DNA of 64,000 nt from assembly GCA_963548875.1 (NCBI GenBank), contig CAUUVZ010000001.1, positions 11,038-75,037 of the forward strand, given 5' to 3'. Below, in pieces: positions 61,101-64,000 of this stretch. The stretch is from an uncultured Treponema sp. GTDB taxonomy: Bacteria > Spirochaetota > Spirochaetia > Treponematales > Treponemataceae. The position numbers and the translations under genes are program-made. The first letter of the stretch is position 1; every line of letters starts with the position of its first letter. The notes under the pieces are model-generated. The model had not been told where the DNA came from. It ran no database searches and worked only from the letters and a program-made list of their open reading frames with translations.

Positions 61101-61450
61101 AACTCAAAGCGGAACTGTCCGCCGCACATTTGCTTAAGGGCGATGCCCCTTAGACCTCTCTGTTTTCTTAGGGAGGAAGGGACCCCCCCGTTCAGAGCAG
61201 GGGTTTTCCTTCCTCCCTAAAACCCACCATCCTTTCCTCGCCCTGCTTAGGGCTACCGCCCTAAGAACCTGCATGGGTTTTGGAGTTTTTGACCGTCTAA
61301 AGCCCGTTGACTGTTCCTTTGCGGAAAACATATCTTGCAGGCTGTCAGGTGCTCCACCTAACAATTTATACAAGTTTGCCTGCGGCAAACTTGGAGCGGA
61401 CGGCAAACCAAGTTATGTCTGTAAGACCAATTAATCCCGTCCGCCCCGCC
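61101..61450. repeat. structured intergenic element sharing modules with 45661-45983 and 7939-8285
   Basis: 13-bp stem 61168-61180/61208-61220 followed by ACCCACC; hairpin 61246-61265; 74-nt module 61371-61444. Confidence 0.75.
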
Positions 61451-61496
61451 TCGCCCTGCAGAAAGAGTTATGCTCTTTTGCAGGGCGATATTTTTT
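61451..61496. terminator. strong hairpin/terminator between convergent genes
   Basis: TCGCCCTGCAGAAAGAG-TTATG-CTCTTTTGCAGGGCGA then TATTTTTT. Confidence 0.75.
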
Positions 61497-61507
61497 AGCC
61501 GTTATTG

Positions 61508-63991
61508 TTATTCTCCGGCTACAAACTTGTCTTCTGTAGTTCCCATTGTGGCGGCATTTGCTTTATATGTTGAAAGCTGCCCCGCCGGAACTTTTATGCT
61601 GCCTGCAGTGAGCTTTTTGCAGCCATAGAAAGCATCTTTAAAAGCAGGGGAGCTGTAAATCTGTTCCGAATTATAATTGCACTTGAGCGTAACAGCTGTA
61701 ATCTTTTCGCAGCCGAAAAAGCAGCCTTGCATATTGGTAACGCCGCTTGGAATCGCCGGAGCTTGAGTAAGGCTTGTGCAGTAGGAAAAGCAGCGGTTCA
61801 TATCGGTAACGCCGCTTGGAATCTCGGGAGCTTGTGTAAGGCTTGTGCAGTAGGAAAAGCAGCGGCTCATATCGGTAACGCCGCTAGGAATCACGGGCAC
61901 TTTAGTAAGGCTTTTGCAGCCGCAAAAGCAGCCTTGCATATTGGTAACGCCGCTTGGAATCACGGGCGCTTGAGTAAGGCTTGTGCAGTCGGAAAAGCAC
62001 CGGCTCATATCGGTAACGCTGCTTGGAATCGCCGGAGCTTGAGTAAGGCTTTTGCAGCCGGAAAAGCAGCTGCTCATATCGGTAACGCCGCTTGGAATCA
62101 CGGGCGCTTGAGTAAGGCTTGTGCAGCAGCAAAAGCAGCCTTCCATATTGGTAACGCCGCTTGGAATCGCCGGAGCTTGGGTAAGGCTTGTGCAGGCGGA
62201 AAAGCACCAGCTCATATTGGTAACGCCGCTTGGAATCACGGGCGCTTGGGTAAGGCTTGTGCAGTAGGAAAAGCAGTCGCCCATATCGGTAACGCCGATT
62301 GGAATCGCCGGAGCTTGAGTAAGGCTTTTGCAGCCTCTAAAGCACCAGCTCATATTGGTAACGCCGCTTGGAATCACGGGCGCTTGGGTAAGGCTTGTGC
62401 AGTCGTAAAAGCAGCTGCTCATATTGGTAACGCCGCTCGGAATCGCCGGAGCTTGAGTAAGGCTTTCGCAGCCGAAAAAGCAGCCTTGCATATTGGTAAC
62501 GCCGCTTGGAATCGCCGGAGCTTGAGTAAGGCTTTTGCAGCCGGAAAAGCAGTAACTCATATCAGTAAGTCCTGATACTTCGCTAAGTTTAAGAGCAACT
62601 TTTTTAGTCGGGTTATCGTTCAGTATTTTTCCGAGCGGGCTTGGTCTCCGTGAAGCACTATCTCCCTTTAAGTCCGCTGCTGTAAGTCCGGTTACTTTGA
62701 TGTAATAGATTCCGTCCGTATGCGGTGCGGTATTTTTGAGATGGTTGTCCAAACCTGCACCGTTTGTTCCGAACGGGACTATGGCATACATTGACGTAAA
62801 ACTCACGTTCACTTTTGTGTCGGCAGTTATCTTGACTTTTGCCGTTGTGCTTCCTTCCGTGCCGGTTCCCGTTTCAAATGTCCCGCCGGTAATTATCCAT
62901 TTGTCAACTTTGTAACCGCTTGCAGGAGCTGCGGTAAATGTAATCTCCGTGTCTTTTGCAACTTTGCCGCCGGCAGGAATTACGGGACTTGCGGACAGTG
63001 TTCCGTGTTCTCCGGCTGTCATCTCTACGGTGAACTCGGTCGGAGACGGCGGTGTTATTGTTTCCGTCTTAAAACTCACGTTCACTTTTGTGTCGGCACT
63101 TATCTTGACTTTTGCCGTTGTGCTTCCTTCCGTGCCGGTTCCCGCCTCGAATGCGCCGCCTGAAATTGTCCACTTATCGACTTTGTAGCCGCTTGCAGGA
63201 GCTGCGGTAAATGTAATCTCCGTGTCTTTTGCAACTTTGCCGCCGGCAGGAATTACGGGACTTGCGGACAGTGTTCCGTGTTCTCCGGCTGTCATCTCTA
63301 CGGTGAACTCGGTCGGAGACGGCGGTGTTATTGTTTCCGTCTTAAAACTCACGTTCACTTTTGTGTCGGCACTTATCTTGACTTTTGCCGTTGTGCTTCC
63401 TTCCGTGCCGGTTCCCGATTCAAATGTTCCGCCGGTAATTGTCCATTTATCGACTTTGTAACCGTTTTTCGGTGTTGCCGTAAATGTTACGATTTTACCT
63501 TTTTCGACGCTTATCGGACTTGCTGTCGTTTCCGCTACGCCGTCAGCCTTTGCTTTGAGCTTTCCGTTTCCGTCGTCAACGCTGAATGTTACGGTGTACT
63601 TCGAAAGCGGCGTGCTGTTGCTTTCAAAATTCACCTGTACGTTCACAGCTTTGGTAACGCTGAACGTATAGGAATTATTCGTGCCGTTTACAGCCGTACC
63701 GTCAAGCGTCCATCCCTTTACCCTGTAGCCCGAATCAGGTGTTGCGGTAAATGTTACGGTTTTGCCTTTTCGCACTACTATGGGGCTTTTATCCGTTTCC
63801 GCTATGCCGTTAGCCTTTGCTTTGAGCGTGCCGTTTGCACCGTCCACGCTGAATGCTACTGCAAACGTTTCGGGAGCAGGGTCGCCGCTTCCCGCATCCG
63901 TTTTACAGCCCGTTGTGAATACTGCGGCAAGCAAAATCGCTGCCGCGCCGAAGAAAGCGAGTGCTTTCTTGTTGAAAATTGTCGTTTTCAT
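61508..63991 (-). CDS. surface lipoprotein with four InlB-B-repeat-like beta domains and a BspA-like leucine-rich repeat region
   Basis: Lipobox FTTGC; TFTATP..GY.V..W domains; 23-aa repeats (N/D)MxxCFxxCxSLTQAPxIPSGVT; ATG at 63991. Confidence 0.88.
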   Translation of the reverse strand: MKTTIFNKKALAFFGAAAILLAAVFTTGCKTDAGSGDPAPETFAVAFSVDGANGTLKAKANGIAETDKSPIVVRKGKTVTFTATPDSGYRVKGWTLDGTAVNGTNNSYTFSVTKAVNVQVNFESNSTPLSKYTVTFSVDDGNGKLKAKADGVAETTASPISVEKGKIVTFTATPKNGYKVDKWTITGGTFESGTGTEGSTTAKVKISADTKVNVSFKTETITPPSPTEFTVEMTAGEHGTLSASPVIPAGGKVAKDTEITFTAAPASGYKVDKWTISGGAFEAGTGTEGSTTAKVKISADTKVNVSFKTETITPPSPTEFTVEMTAGEHGTLSASPVIPAGGKVAKDTEITFTAAPASGYKVDKWIITGGTFETGTGTEGSTTAKVKITADTKVNVSFTSMYAIVPFGTNGAGLDNHLKNTAPHTDGIYYIKVTGLTAADLKGDSASRRPSPLGKILNDNPTKKVALKLSEVSGLTDMSYCFSGCKSLTQAPAIPSGVTNMQGCFFGCESLTQAPAIPSGVTNMSSCFYDCTSLTQAPVIPSGVTNMSWCFRGCKSLTQAPAIPIGVTDMGDCFSYCTSLTQAPVIPSGVTNMSWCFSACTSLTQAPAIPSGVTNMEGCFCCCTSLTQAPVIPSGVTDMSSCFSGCKSLTQAPAIPSSVTDMSRCFSDCTSLTQAPVIPSGVTNMQGCFCGCKSLTKVPVIPSGVTDMSRCFSYCTSLTQAPEIPSGVTDMNRCFSYCTSLTQAPAIPSGVTNMQGCFFGCEKITAVTLKCNYNSEQIYSSPAFKDAFYGCKKLTAGSIKVPAGQLSTYKANAATMGTTEDKFVAGE
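61703..62563 (-). repeat. 12.5 x 69-nt coding tandem repeat
   Basis: ATAT(T/C)GGTAACGC recurs every 69 nt from 61731. Confidence 0.97.
62798..63463 (-). repeat. ~2.4 x 273-nt near-identical domain duplication
   Basis: 91-aa unit YKVDKW...TAAPASG; segments starting at 62949 and 63222 are almost identical. Confidence 0.95.
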
Positions 63992-64000
63992 AGACAACTC

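Noticed and set aside
61101..61500. RNase P, tmRNA or SRP RNA gene
   Set aside because: Hallmark motifs (GAGGAAAGTCC, tRNA-like ends, SRP loop) were not found; it instead shares modules with other intergenic repeats.
61703..62563. CRISPR array
   Set aside because: The 69-nt period is in frame within a long ORF, there are no unique spacers, and no cas genes are present.
61727..62575. 282-aa plus-strand ORF
   Set aside because: Antisense shadow of the 69-nt repeats.
61508..63991. Diversity-generating retroelement target
   Set aside because: No reverse transcriptase or non-coding template repeat in the window; the variation is between tandem coding units. The gene is at the window edge, so neighbours are unseen.

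Overview
Window from a Treponema-like spirochaete chromosome (standard code 11), mostly core genome. From left to right: an IS982-family element with one in-frame stop in its transposase; argR; a flagellar cluster (flbD-motAB-fliLMYOPQR-flhBAFG-orf-fliA-DUF342-orf-orf) with a perfect internal sigma-28 promoter; smpB; a HAD hydrolase; a 2569-aa coiled-coil protein expanded by 1215-nt repeats; leuB/cimA; an FHA + metallophosphoesterase + Ser/Thr kinase operon divergent from a lipoprotein (LpoB-like) cluster; pnp-rpsO-ribF-ilvE; an orphan adenine methyltransferase; a FliG paralogue; nudC; flcA; an acyl-CoA synthetase; a heterodimeric ABC exporter; and a surface lipoprotein with 23-aa repeats that vary at fixed positions. 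The most unexpected signal is non-coding. A conserved 73-74-nt hairpin plus stem-loop module with compensatory changes occurs seven times (five clear copies, two degenerate) at four intergenic loci. Two of these loci are inverted copies of a non-autonomous element whose ends resemble the IS982 terminal repeats. Other points of note are six probable leaderless genes and a likely ATT start codon. No rRNA, tRNA or CRISPR array was recognised. Product names come from motif and synteny recognition only; no searches were run.
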